64,000 bases of DNA from Lama guanicoe (taxonomy: Eukaryota), in assembly GCA_013239625.1 (NCBI GenBank), contig MU054323.1, positions 1,116,001 to 1,180,000 on the forward strand, given 5' to 3'. Positions 14,281-28,078 of this stretch are shown here, piece by piece (the first letter of the stretch is position 1; every line of letters starts with the position of its first letter). The translations under genes were made by a program, and so were the position numbers. Below the pieces are notes generated by a model. The model ran no database searches. It was given only the letters and a program-made list of their open reading frames with translations, and was not told the origin of the DNA.

Positions 14281-15094
14281 ACAATCCACACACGTTAATT
14301 CCATTCACTTGTTCTCTACCCCTGACCAGCTCTAAGCCTAGAGATATACATCCTGCTTGATAACTTTATCCCAGGTCCTGGCAGCATCCAAAGGTACAAG
14401 AGAAGAGACTGAGGCATCCAATCCTTGGACACAAAGCAGACCACCAAAATTTGTCTTGGCTCTCTCAGTTGCCCTTTTGGGGACTTTTTGGTCATTATTT
14501 TCTATACCTTTAGGAGAGAAATTTGTGGTTGTTTTCAGTGCAGGTGCTTTTCCAATGAGAATAGAGCTCATTTTAATGGCTTCAAGGGACCAACAATATA
14601 GTTTAGATTTGAAAATACTCTCTCATTGTTTTATTAAAACAACATTGGAGTCAGTAGCTACAGTCATGACTGATAGCTTTTTTGACTGTCAATTTCTTAA
14701 CTGGAAGTTCAAGAAAGTATATGCATTAATTTTAGTCAATTGGGAATTTGCAACATCATTGAAAAGCTACTAGAAAATCAAAATTCACTGCTATTACTTC
14801 CTGAGTTCCAGACTATATTTTCAATAAGAGATGACTAATTCTCTCCTTCTAATGTACCTCCACTGCACCCCGATTTCCTGTCAGCCTATTAGCTCAGAAC
14901 TCTAAAGAAATGCTTATCATCTAAACTTTCAGAGTTTATCTAATATCCTCTAGAACACAGGCTTGCAACTTTATGAAGGATCATAAATTATTAAAATTAA
15001 ACTACAGTCATGTCTTGATTTACTCACTGAATACATAATAGTGTTATCATCATTGTTAAGGGGACTGAAAATGATGTAAAGAAAACTGCTGATA

Positions 15095-15225
15095 AGAGTC
15101 AAGTGAGCTGGACTCTTAGTTTCTCTGGGGCCTGGAGCAAGTCACTTCACCCTTTGGTGCCTCAGTTTATTCACCTGTAAAACTGGGACGATGTTTTCCC
15201 TGGTAACACTCAAGATTTTTGAGAA
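15095..15225 (+). mobile_element. MIR SINE fragment
   Basis: 'gcaagtcacttcacctttggtgcctcagtttattcacctgtaaaactggg'. Confidence 0.75.
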
Positions 15226-16639
15226 CATACTTTTAAATAGTATTGAAAATTATAACACACAATGTAAAAAGTCTTCTGGAATTATTGGTATTGGAAATGG
15301 TGCAATTTATGTTGAATTTTAAACTGTCAGTCTATCAAAAACTTGTTTTCAGCTCTGGGTTCACTAATGCCTGACTCTCTCTAAAAATAACCAGCAATTT
15401 CAGTAAATTGTAAAAGGAGAACATTTGCAGGGCTTCCTGTCAGTAAAGACCATTTACGTGCTTGAAAGAAATGCCATTTTGATATGACAAATATAAATCC
15501 TGAAATTCTCTATAACTAACCATGCCTGGCAAAGAGAAAATTCCTTTAGAAACTTACCATGCCACAGGATCTCCTGGCACAATAAAAACCTTTATTCCAA
15601 CAGGTGAGGATGAAGAGAGCTCAGAAGTCTCACTGAAATTTTTAAACTTTTTTTTCAAAAGCAAGTAATTATACCACTTTCTAATTTTCAACAAATGCTA
15701 CCCATATAGTGATGGCTCCCCAAGTTATATCTCTAACCCAGGAGACTCTCTTGAGACCAAGCTCCATTCATGCAAAAGCCAATTGGATACTTTATAGTCC
15801 TCGTATCCATGACTCAGCTTAACAGCTTCCACATCAACCATGGTCTTTCTCCTTTCTTCACATGATTATGGTTTCCTTTGCATAAGCCAAAACCTATCCA
15901 GTCAATTTAGCTGAGGCTATATTCCTGCCATCTAGGGGTCCAACTGTCATTTAAATACAAAACATCCATCTTCCACACCTCTTGTGTGCCTAGCTCTGTG
16001 TCTAATTCCAGCTATACCTAAAGCAAACTTAGTCCACCATTTCTATATTCCACTAAGGAGTAGGCAGAGAAAGAACATAGAGCAGAGAAATGGGAATGAA
16101 GCTAGCAATAGTTTTGCTTGGTCCTGGGGCTAAGAATTAATGTTTGACATATCTAGAGATATTAAATTTGACTGTCTTTATTGTTGTCATGGGAAGAGAT
16201 GTAAATTGGGTTCAAAGCTTGACTCATCACTTAGTAGCTTATGATCTTCAGAGGGTCTTTTGTCATATCTGACCTCCCTTTCTTTGTTTGTGATTTAAAC
16301 TTCATAATTACTCTCCTTCCTTGCACAGTTAAGATGGCCTTAAAGGTGAGCTCTTACAGTTAAAGAAGCAATCTAGGTTGTGAAATTTTAGGTAGTATGA
16401 ATGCCATCATCTTTTACCACAAATTCTACAATCATCCTGTCTGTGCTCTTTCCTCCTTCTTTCTTCCTGGTACAGTGAAACATCATTTATTTAGTGGAAA
16501 TTTTAAATTTCTAAACGTCTCATGTAATCATACACAAAATCTTCAATGTCTGATGCACTTTCCTCAGTTTATGATTTTAAAAGCTTATTCTTTTTATTTA
16601 ATAGGTCATTGATGAAGTGAAGTCTTTTTGCTTCTATTT

Positions 16640-19600
16640 TTTTAAGGTAAATTTTATATACAGTAAGTTCTTGGTTAAAAACAGACTCATTATGTGAATA
16701 CATTAAAATGTACCTTTTTAATTTTTTGGTTTTGTATATATATGTATTTTATTGAAGTATAGTCAGTTTACAATGTTGTGTCAATTTCTGGTGTATAGCG
16801 TGATGCTTCAGTCATACATGAACATGCATATATTCATTTGTATATTCTTTTTCACCATAAGTTACTAAAAGGTATTGAATATAGTTCCCTATACAGTATG
16901 AATTTGTTGTTTATCTATTTTATATATATTAGTTAGTATCTGCAAATCACCTTTTTTAGTATATAGTTCTACAAATTTTCACAAAAGACAGTCCTAACAC
17001 AAACAAAACAAAAGATCTTCTCTTATGTTTTATTCTAGAAATAGAAGTTTATAGTTTTAGGTTTTACATTTGAATTTTTGATCTATTTTGGATTGATTTT
17101 TGCATATGATATATAGGAATGGGTCAAAGTTTTTTCAATTTTGCATATGGATATATAATTTTTAGTACCATTTGTTGAAAACAGCACTTTTCTCTATTGA
17201 GTTGCCTTTGCAGCCTTGTCAAATATCAATTTTTTCATATGTATGGATTTATATCTGGACTCTGCATTCGGCTTCATTGAGCTACATGTCTATCAGTTTA
17301 CCACTATTTAGATTACTGCAGCTTTATAACAAGTGTTAAAATCAGATAGAGTTAGGCCTCCAAATTTATTCCCCTTCAAAATATTTTGATTGTTTATATT
17401 TTTTATTATATTATATGCATAAGACAAAATATATTTCCTCTACTAGATGAAATTTAAGTCAGGTTGTCAAGTTCAACCTGATTCTAACACAAAAGATCTT
17501 CCTGGGATTGGGGTCAGCTTCAGTTTATAGATAAATTTGGGGAGAATTGACATGTTAAAGATAGTGTGCTTTCCCATCTATGAATATCATATAGCTCACC
17601 ATTTATTAAGTATTTTTAATATCTTTTTTAGTTATCAGCATACAGCTCCTGCACATAGTTTGTTAACTTTATATCCAAGTATTTCATGTTTATTGATGCT
17701 CTAGTAAATGGTATTTTAAAAATTCAATCTCTGATCTTTAATTACTAATTATAGAAATATCATTGATTAATATATATACATACCTTCATATCCTGCAAAT
17801 ATTCTTTTATTAGTTGTAGTAGATCTTTGAGGACTAGAATCTTTAGAATTTGTTTTTACATAGACAATCATGTCTATGGAATAACTGTAATTTTTTATTT
17901 TTCTATTTAATCTCCATTATTGTTTTATTTTTCATACATTCAAAATTTTTTAGTTGTTGCCTTTGAGCTTATGACACATGTCATCAAGCAATTACAGAAA
18001 TTTCAGATACTATTGTACTACTTCACATAATTAGAAGAACTTAAAACCCAGTGATTCCCTCTTGGCTTCTGTGCTATTTGTATCACATATTCTACTTTTG
18101 AATATGTTGTAGACCCCAACTACTTTCCTATTATTGTTGCTTTGGAGAAAATTATCTTCTAAAGCAAATACAAATAAGGACAATGTATTTATATTTCATT
18201 TTATTTTAATAATTTCTGGAGACCTTTGTTTCTTTCTGTACATCCAGGTTTCTGTGTATTATCACATTCTGCCTAAAAAAATTCAGTTAATATTTTTTCT
18301 TGTGTGGGTCTGTCAGTCAAGAATTAAATCTATTTTGAAATTCTTTATTTCTTCTTCATTGCTGAAAGATACTTTCAGTGGATGTAAAATTGTGTGTTGG
18401 CTTATTTCTTGTCTCAGAAGCTATCTTTCGTCTTTGAAGATATTCACTGTCTTCTGGCTTGCATAGTTTCTGATGAGAGATCCTTTATAGTTCTACATTT
18501 GTTCTTTCGTATATACTGTGCCTTTTCTGCTAAGGTGCCCTAAATATTGCCTCTATCTTTGGTTTTCAGCAGTTTGAATATGATGTATGTGGGGTGGGGG
18601 GCGGGGGGAAGTGTCTTGATTTTATCACAGGGTGTTGTCTGAGCTCTCTAGATCTGTGGGGGGGTGTCTTTTGTGTTTTGGAAAAGTATCAGTCATTACT
18701 TCTTTAAATAATTCTTATGCTTCATTATCTCTCTTTTCTCCTGGGATTCAAATGACACATATGTTAGCTCTTTTGATGTCATCCCACAGTGCTTAGATAC
18801 TTTGTTCTGTGTTTATTTTTCCACTACATTTCTCACTGTGTTTAAGTTTGGATAATTTCTATTGACCTATTCACTGATGTTTATATCCCTTAAGTTTGTT
18901 GAGTCTAATGAATTAGTCATTGGCATGCTTCATTTCTGTTACTGTATTTTAATTCTAACTTCCAATTTGATCTTTTTAAATAGTTTTCATCTCTCTGCTG
19001 AAATTCTCCATATATTCATTCATGTTTTCCACTTTTTCCACAAGATTCCTTCGCATATTAATTATAGTAATTTTTAATTCTTTGTCTCATAGTTCAAATA
19101 TCTGGTTCTTATCTGAGTCTGGTTCTGTTGACTATTAAGCCTCTTGATAGTGGGTTGGTTTGTTTGTTTCCTGATTTTTTTGTGTGATGGATATATTTTG
19201 TTGGAAACCTAGACATAATGTAAAGGACAGTAGAGATTGAGGTAAATAGCATTTATGCCTGAGCATACGAATACTACTTGTCCTGCTTGGCTATTAGCAA
19301 AAAGACTTGATGTCTCCTAGGCCTGCACCACAAGATGTGTTTCTATGGTCTTCTTCCCTGCCATCAATATTTTCCGTGATTTCTCAGTAGAGATCCATGG
19401 AGAAGAACCTATGAGTGGTTATAAACACCCTTTGTGTCTGAAGCCCCAGGAGCCTCACACTGTCCCACACTCAGACTTTAACAGTTGTTAAAGATTTTAA
19501 CTGAATTTTTCTTTCCCACTCGATGGAGGACCTGTCTTCCTCCCCTAATTTGCATTAACTAGTCATTTATTTTGTTGTACTTCTCCTTGGATATGCCTAA

Positions 19601-19750
19601 ATTTCTCTAGATTTCAGGCAAGTTGCTTGCTCTGCAACCTCACCTCTTTGAATGACAGCAATTTTGATTTTTACATGACTTGACTTCTCTTTATTGTTTT
19701 GGTGGGGGCAATAATCTTTCCAACATTACATATCCGAAGTGGAAGCCAGA
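16640..19750 (-). mobile_element. Old L1M (L1MB/MD-type) remnant: 3' end, ORF2 pieces and 5' region
   Basis: ORF2 antisense motifs 'ccatttgttgaaaacagcactttt' and 'ataaatttggggagaattgacat'; 5'-region motif 'ctttggttttcagcagtttgaatatgatgt'; no intact ORF. Confidence 0.75.
16721..16948 (-). mobile_element. Younger, 5'-truncated lineage-specific L1 3' end nested in the older L1
   Basis: 'ttattgaagtatagtcagtttacaatgttgtgtcaatttctggtgtatag'; ACCTTTTT on both sides (16712-16719 and 16949-16956). Confidence 0.85.
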
Positions 19751-21479
19751 TGCCCACTATTTTCTTAAGACAATGAAAACAATGTGCATTTGTATATGTA
19801 CTTATCAAACCAATCTAGAGAAATTAATGAGGACTTTAATTGTAACAAACGAATTATTTCTTAAATGTTTCCAGAAATTATAATGTGTCTATGACAATTT
19901 TAAAAAATGCACAGAAGAGTCAAAATCCATTTTTGCTATTAAAAAGCTCGCAACCTATTGGGAGAGATTAGAATGATAAGGAGAAAAGTATACAAGTCAG
20001 TGTCAAATTCTTCTATTCCTCTCTATCACCTTTAGACAATAATAATAAAGTAACTTTCCTGCTATGAAAGACTGTGGCTTGGATCCTGACCTTATGGGAA
20101 CTCAGTCAACTATCTCTAAGAGGCATTAGGAAGCTTGTAGGGAACATACAACCACCTGACCACAGTCATCTTGTCTTAATAAGTCACTATAAAAACTGAC
20201 CAAACAAAATGTTAAAAGAGCATATTAAGAGAATTTATCATCAAATCTAGCTCCAAAAAAGAATGTTGAAAATGATACTGTTTGATTCTCTTTGGTCTTC
20301 TTTGATGGCATCTGAGTACATTTTCAGCAGTTAATTGCTACTTTTCCTTGATTGTGCCAAGGTGGGAAAAAATATTAAGAAGGAGATGCAATTATATAGG
20401 AATAAGAAAAGTGTGTGAGTGTGTGAGAGCATAAGAGCCCAAAGGATGGTTCACATTTAAATACATACGGAAATTGAAAGTTTTAAAATTTTCTGCAAAG
20501 TCATTCTTATCTTGGGTTATAAAAAATGGTATAAGGACAAATTTGGCTTTTGAAGCAGAGAACAGAGGAGAATAGAATCAGCCAGATGTTCAGATAAACT
20601 GCTGAGGCCCCACAGCATTCTACTTAATGCCACCCTATCATCCATTTTAGTACAATTTAAGATTGAGAGCACAGTCAGACTGACAAATACATTTGCCCAA
20701 GACCTTCCCCATTATAATGCCATTAATATCTCTGGGCTCAGAGCCAGACAGGAACATCTGGTATGGATTATGTTTTCACAGAGATAAACTTGCAGATGTT
20801 CAAAATTATTTTTAAGAAAATTTATGATAACTAAAATGAAAAAAATGGTAAAAATGAGATCAGGAATAATATGGTATAGATGAATTTTTGAAAATGTTTT
20901 TTATATATTTTAACATACTATAATCAATATGTTCACATGGTTAAAAAAATATAAATCCATATAGAAGGATTAAAGAACTTCTTAATTATTTCACCAAATT
21001 CCTCACATTCCTAGTCCCACTCCTTATTTAAACTTCCTTGTAACTCTTGGTATTTTTTAATAATATACAATAATACTAAATCTCACAATTCTAAAGCATA
21101 TACCCACAGCTCTATTTCTGTAGCTACATGTTTTATTTAAATATTGGTTCCCTATGTAAAAGATGAAAATATTAGTTTACTTAATATTGTTCCTGCTTTA
21201 TTTGATGTTATTATTTATGTATTTAATTTGAATCTAATTATTATTAAGACTTAATTTAATTATTATTTCACAGTTTAAAATAGCATACTTAAAACTACAT
21301 TTCTTCATCTATTAGATCATCTGCTCTTAGAGTACCTACATCCATTAGATCATTAGATATTAGATCAAGGCTCTGATGTTTTACTGATAAAACTCTATCA
21401 AATATGTAATGAATAAAAAATACTAAATTCTTAAGAAAGAAAATATTTAAAGAAAAATACAGAAAGATTTCAGCTTTTT

Positions 21480-22310
21480 AAGTAAACTTAGCATGGCCAA
21501 AGGATAAAAGGAAAAAAGTTTGAAGTAATGTATTTCTATATTCAAGCATCAATTGGAGAATGAATTTTTAAAAGTCTACAACAGCATCAAAAGACATAAA
21601 TTCTTTGGAATAAATTTAAGAAAAGACATACAAAACCTTTAATGAAAACTATTAAATATTGCTAAATGAAACTGAACGAGGTCTAGGTAAGTTGAGGGAT
21701 ATACTGTTTTTAAGGATTAGAAGATTGAATATTGTTAAGTTCTATAGATTCAACAAAATCCTAATCCAAATCTCACATGCTTTTATGACACAAAGTATTC
21801 CATAATTTCTATGGAAATGCAAAGCATTGACACCAGACAAAATAATATTTAAAAAGAAGGACAAATTTAAAGGACTCACTCTCTGATTTTAAAATGTATT
21901 ATAAGGTTACAGTAACAAGACAAAGTGATGTGGATAAAAGGGCAGAGAAACTGATCATAGAACAGACTAGAGTCCACAAAGAGAGACATACATACATGAT
22001 CAGATGAGTTTAGACAAAAGTGCCAGGGAAATTCCATTGGAAATTGAAAGTTTTTTTCTAATAACTTCTGCTAAACAACTTGATAAGTATATGGGAAAAA
22101 AATCCCAACTTCTCCCTAACACTGAGCACAATTAATTTGAGATGACTATACATCTAAATGTAAAGATAATACTGTAACACTTCTAGAAGAAAATGCAGAT
22201 GATTCCCAACGTGGGGTGAGTAGAGATTTAGGAGACAGAGCACAGAAAGCTCTGAATGGAAAATTAAGTAATGGTAAATTAGACATCATTAAAAATTAAA
22301 ATATCTCCAT
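21480..22310 (+). mobile_element. L1M ORF2 fragment, disrupted
   Basis: 'ggattagaagattgaatattgttaag' and 'acttctagaagaaaatgcag' resemble the L1 ORF2 3' half; many stops. Confidence 0.8.
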
Positions 22311-22434
22311 ACAACACAAGGTTATTATAATAATCAAATTCTATAATGGATATGGAAATCACTTCAGGGATATAAACACAAAACAAATTTATTTGCCTTC
22401 AGTAAACAGTCTATTTATACCCTCGCACTTAGAA

Positions 22435-23682
22435 GTTATTTAATCAACAAACATTTATTAGTAACTGTTATGTTCAATCACTAAAGTAGGCTCTTTAAAG
22501 AATTAAGCAGATCCCTGACCTCAGAGAACTTTCTATCTAGTAATTTACGTTGGCAGTTGTACATGAGAAAAGCTGTCCTGGGGGCAGATAGAGGATCCTG
22601 TAGTCATTCATTGATGGTTTTGTAAGTCTGTCTTAACTTAGGGAGTGACAGCTAACTGGAGTCCTAAAAGCTAAGAAGCAACTAACCAGGTGAAGAAATA
22701 GGTATGGTGTTTGGGAGATGGGGGTGGAAGGAGGTTGAATTGAAGAAGAGATGTTCCAGGCAGAAAAATACACCACAGGCAAAGGTTCTGGGAAGAGAGA
22801 AAGATGGAGCAAATTAATAGGGATGAAGCAACCTTCAGGATGACTGAGCACAGAGCATGAGAATGGTGTGGTGGTGGGTGAAAAGGGGAGAGATAAAGCT
22901 GGATACAAAAGTGGAAATTTGGGTTTTGAAAATTTTATTTGGGAAATTAGATTTTATTTTGGGGGCAATGGGAAGATAGTGAAGTGTTTTGTTTGCTTTT
23001 ATTAGAAAGTGTCTGGATGCACTGGAAATTCTTAGCTATAGTGGGCAGAATAGATTGTGTGTTGGCAAGGTTGTAGGGGACTAGAACAGGAGCTGAAGAA
23101 ACCTGTAAAGAAACTGAAAAGTGCAGAGAGTAGACAATCATAACCTAAATGAACAGCAGCAGGTGGTCTGGAGAGAAACGCATAGAACAGGTTTGGGAGA
23201 GATCTGATAGAACTTGGTTCTGTCAGGAATGAAGATAGAGATTCTTCTACGAATCTGCATGTGTCAAGTTGGAGAAACTGCCCCACTTTATCCTATGCTG
23301 CAAAATGGTGAAAGAGTAAAAAAGAAGACAAATGATAAAAAGTGTCCATGAGTTTGAGCAAGAAGGAGGTCTTTGGTCGAATAATGAGATGAATTCCAGT
23401 GTGGTGATGGGGCAGAAGATGAATTTCGGTAGTTAAAGGAGTGAATAGGAGAACAAGTCATATTAATTTTAAGTAAGTTTTTTAATGTAAACTTAACTGT
23501 GAATAGACAGAAAAAGGCTGTAACTGAGGGAGGCAAAAGGTCAAGGGCAGAGGTTTTTAAATTTTTTTCTTAAGTTGAAAGAGATTTTAGTATGTTTAGC
23601 TGTATTGTAAGGAAGCCAAAACAAAGGGAGAGATTAAAGGAACAAAGAGGAAGGGAAGAAGAATCCACACAGTGATATTCTA

Positions 23683-23713
<31 letters not shown>

Positions 23714-24520
23714 TAACAAGACATAAGGCTGCTACTGACCATCTTGAAAGAAAAACAGTGCATTAACGTAGGAAATTTTGAAATCGGCTGTATAAAAATG
23801 GAAAGGTTAACTAAAAGAATATGTTCGCTGGGAGTCTTTGAGGTCCTAGTTCACACTGGCGACCTTGTGCATATGTGGTATTTAACTACTTGACTATGTA
23901 CTTTGATTCAACGATGCTCCAGAACATAAGCTAAGACACAAAGAAGCTGCACCATTGCTTTGTATAAGTGACTTTTAGCTGAGAAAAGCTGAGACTACTG
24001 GCGAGGATGGTTGATGTGAAAGTCCATGGTGCATAAGCTGGACACAGAAAGAAACAAAAACTGGGTAAGGCTGAGAGATAAGGAGCAAGTAGAGGAGTTT
24101 GCAGACTACGGATCTTGATAATAAAGTTATAGACTCAGTTACTCAGTGAGACTCTTCAATGAGGGACCAGGAAAGACAGGAGACTCAAGTTAGAGAACAG
24201 CAGGTTTAAACATAAGCTCTTAGAAGTTGAATCGTTCCCACGAGTGGCAAGTTCCAGGCAGGCATGACTGAAGTGGGGTGGACATAAAGAGCAAGTGGAA
24301 CCAGCAAGGTCAAGGTTTGGAATGGCCATCAGAGTGGACATGGAAATCACTCATAATAATGGCTTGTGTGGGAATGGAGAGAGTCAAGTACAGCAAGATG
24401 CCCAGAAGTCAAGAAAGCAAGACAAATGATGCACTGAGGTTGCTACAGGCAGACGGAACACCTGTGCAGGGGCAGGACCCGCAGAAGGTACATGGCTAGT
24501 TTCAGAATTGTGAGTGTGGC
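22435..24520 (-). mobile_element. Long L2 remnant (about 2 kb)
   Basis: Begins 'atttaatcaacaaacatttattag'; contains 'ccctgacctcagagaactttctatctag' and 'gatgttccaggcagaaaa'; purine-rich throughout. Confidence 0.7.
23687..23714. repeat. (GT)14 microsatellite
   Basis: Perfect GT run, read directly. Confidence 0.97.
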
Positions 24521-25399
24521 TGCCTGGAGCACAGGGCTGAGGACTGGAAGCAAAGTGGAGAGGAAAAGGTTGCAGAGGTCTTGTATTCACATTTTATTAC
24601 AAGGAACCTGTGAAAGTGTATTTATTTCCCAAGAGATAAATAGAAAAAGAACCAGATGTTTACAAACATATTTGTCTGACCTTTGTGGATTTAAGTAGCA
24701 GGTTATATGATAACAGGGAAGTCCGATGGCACTGTCATTGTCTCTGAATTGAAAAAGTCATAGAAAACTTTAAACAGTACTCATTACAGTTTCCAAAATT
24801 TGCTCTCAGTCTCCAGAAACCTCTTAGGACTAGAAACTTGATGAGGAGGTGGTTTTAAAATGAATAAAGATGTTTGCAGCAGGAAAAAAAAAATAAAAGA
24901 GCTGTTGGTGGAGAGAGACAGAGTTGGTCCATAATTAATATGAACATCAATCTTTTTGAAATGTTAGAATGAAAGCCTATTGCTGCTGAAATAATTTTAT
25001 TCACTTGTCTCTTAAAATAGCACAGGAAGCGAAAGAAAGGGACATGGGCAAGCGAGAGGTTTGCGAAAACAATGGTGCCTCGTTTCTTTTCATATTTCCT
25101 TGCTGTGCAAGGTCCTAGAGGTTGGGGTTAGTGTATGTCAGATTCTGGGTCAAACTGCTCCTAGACGCCCCCCACCCCCGACAGAAGCAGTTACTGTATT
25201 GAGCAGTAGAAATATCTCCAGAGACTGGGAACTTACTTGGTTTATATGTATTACAATTTGTACTATAAATGAAGTCATGCTCCAGAGGTATTTCAACCTG
25301 AAGTGTACTCTTTCCTCATCACACATCCTAGAAACGCCTCGGAAAAATGCTAACAATGTTTCATATAACGCCAACATGACTGATTACATAATAAAGCAT

Positions 25400-25610
25400 T
25401 ATAAGTCTCTTGTTGAGTGGTCTCTATGGGCACCCATGCACTTTAAACATATCACTTCCTTCAGTCCTTACCTCAGCCCTCTGTGACAGACATAATCCCC
25501 ACATAGAAGAAAGGAAAATAGAGGCTCAGAAAGGCTGCAGAGTCAAATAGTATATTTTAGATGTAAGTGACTGCTCCCCCTATGATCTTTCTACCCTGTC
25601 ACAGTGCCTT
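25400..25610 (-). mobile_element. MIR fragment
   Basis: 'cagtccttacctcagccctctgtgacag...ggaaaatagaggctcagaaagg'. Confidence 0.6.
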
Positions 25611-25914
25611 CTGAGCAAAATTCTCTCTGGTTACTGGCACTTTCTCAGAAAAGATCTGGAAAGGAAATGACAAAGTATTCCCTGTTGCTGTCACAGCAGT
25701 GTTGGTTCCAGCTCAGTGGCCACATAATGATCAGAGAGCAGACCTAAGTCCCCAGGTGAATACAATGGATCCACGACTTCCCTTACATCCATTCCTGGAG
25801 CTTGACCTCTGTCTGAAAGTACACCAGAACAAAGTGAAGATTTTTGTCCTTCCCAATGTTGGACAGGGTTCAGTCCCTCAAAGAAAGGGTCAGTATATCC
25901 TGGTGACGATCTTG

Positions 25915-26110
25915 ATTCATGTATTGATTCATTCAGCGTGCATTTACTGAGCACCATCTATGAACTACATTCTGTTATGGGCACTCAAGCTATCTGTTCC
26001 TGCCCTCAATGAGCTCACAAATCAGTGAGGGTGAAGCCACGAGGATAAATAACAAGGCACAGTAACAAGGGCAAAGACAGCTTTATGCAGACTCCAAAGA
26101 AGTGGGCAAA
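25915..26110 (-). mobile_element. L2 3' fragment
   Basis: 'attcattcagcgtgcatttactgagcaccatctatg...cctgccctcaatgagctcac'. Confidence 0.75.
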
Positions 26111-26484
26111 GGGAGAGATGTGAAGATGGGAGGGTGCATCACAGGATTCTCAATGGATACCATGGACCACACTCTGTCTTACATTCCCTGCCTCCAAGGA
26201 CATTCTGTTTTGACACTTTAGCCATATCCCAAATAGACAGACTCAGGGCCTTGAAGTTAATCAAGTTTTGCAGCCATAAGTCAATACAGTATCAAAGGAA
26301 AAATAAATAAAAACTGAAGACTTATTTTCCAGTCTAACTGATAATTTTATAATAAAAATGTGTTCCTACTAAACAAATGTGACTATAAGACCAAAATATA
26401 TTGGTTTGCTCATTGTTGATTTTCAGACATCAGTCTTTTCTTTCCAGGTTTCTGAAGATACCTTTTATCTGAAGATACATTTTA

Positions 26485-27109
26485 ACAATTGGGAATTGTG
26501 CTTATTGTAAGCCACAGAAATCCTGGCAAATAAAAGTAAGGTAGTTTTGTTCTCAGTTTTTCCCTCACGAAAATACAAAGTCTGGTTGCAGGCTTGGCTA
26601 GTGTAGCTTCAGAGTCTCAGCGGAGTCCCTGACTCAATTTGCTTTTTTTCCTTTAGTCTGTCTTAAGTGAGCTGCTGCTGTTCCACAGCTGCTACTGTGT
26701 TCAGAGAGCTGAGCCGAGGTTTCTCCCAGGCAGAAAGAAGAGGACCAGCAGAGGAAAGGGGGCAGGCACCAGCTGAGCCTACACTTCCTTTCAGGCGCTT
26801 TCCTGGAAGCCCCACCTACTAACTTCGGCTTACATCTCAAAGACCGCTACTCCACTGTGGTGTCTCACCTGTCACATCACAAAAACCGAACACCACTACT
26901 GTGCCACTATTCCAGCTACAAGGGAGGCTGGGAACTGATGTGTATATACATGTACAAAATATATATATGTACATAATATCAATTTATAAAATATTATATA
27001 AGTATGTATTTTTACTGGCTACATTGTTGCTTCTCTGCCCATAGGGTTCTGTTAGCAAGAAAGACAGGAAGAATGACTACTGAGAATGTAAATATCCATC
27101 CCAGCCACA
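26485..27109 (-). mobile_element. MLT1J/K-type MaLR LTR
   Basis: 'cttcggcttacatctca', 'ccagctacaagggaggctgggaa' and 'agggttctgttagcaagaaagacaggaagaatg...gccaca'. Confidence 0.7.
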
Positions 27110-27794
27110 ATCCTTAACATCATTTATCTTTAGAAATCCGTGTTGCTTTGGTGTTTTAGGAAAACTTATAAATCACTCTATGTTAATAAATTGTAATGCA
27201 GCAGGAAGGAAAACAAGTTAGTGTGTTTAGCTCCACTACTAGTAACACAGAATTATTTATAGCTCTAAAAACAAAGACCTGCAGACAGGATGCTAAAGTA
27301 TTGCTGGTTCCTTTGTGCCAACTGATTCAATTTATACATTTACATTCATTTTTTAAAATTCTAGCCGTTGCTTAATAACTTTATGTGAATATGTTTAAGC
27401 ATTGGTTCATGAACTATGTGTTTTTATTATAAGAGAAATGCAAAGTGTCAAAAGAAAGGGTCTTAAATTTTTCTGCTTTGATATTTTGAGTCTTAGGGAA
27501 AGAGAAGATATAGCATGAAGCAAAATGCAATCTGATTTGAAGTTGATATTCTTAGCCTAGCAATTCCAGCTAGCAAAGCAATTTACTGATTTGAAATAGC
27601 ACCCTTCTTAAAAGACAGAGCTGCTGTCTTTATATGCATATGTGATGCATATATATGTCTATATATACGTAATTAATGTATGCATACATAAACATAGGTG
27701 TATTGAACATCTCAAACACATATTTTCTTCTAAAACGAGGCTTACAAATTTTAAGTTGCTTTGTTTTACTGTTGCTAAAGAACAAGACCATTTC

Positions 27795-28078
27795 TTGTTA
27801 CATTCATTCACTTATTTTTTATATTCCACATATAAATGAAAATGTATGGGGGGGAGGCAAAATAGGGGAAGGGGATAAGTATGAACTATTAGGTATAAAG
27901 TAAATAAGATATCAGGATGAAATGTATAACATAGAGGATACAACCATTATTTTATAATAACTTTAAATAGAATATAATCTATAAAAATATCATATCACCA
28001 TGCTGTATACCTGAAATGAATATAACATTGTAAATCAACTACAGTTCAATAAAAACCAAACAAACAAACAAACAAAAC
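27795..28078 (+). mobile_element. Short L1 3' end with a 5' inversion
   Basis: 27848-28078 is a sense L1 3' UTR ending in AATAAA and a (CAAA)n tail; 27795-27849 is the reverse complement of the upstream L1 motif 'cacttatatgtggaatctaaaaa'. Confidence 0.8.

Noticed and set aside
14357..14773. 138-aa ORF with a hydrophobic stretch
   Set aside because: TTG start, no promoter or splice context, and no recognisable homology; T-rich DNA readily gives hydrophobic translations.
18591..18608. G-quadruplex (also at 59539-59560)
   Set aside because: Only three separable G3 tracts, so not a canonical motif.
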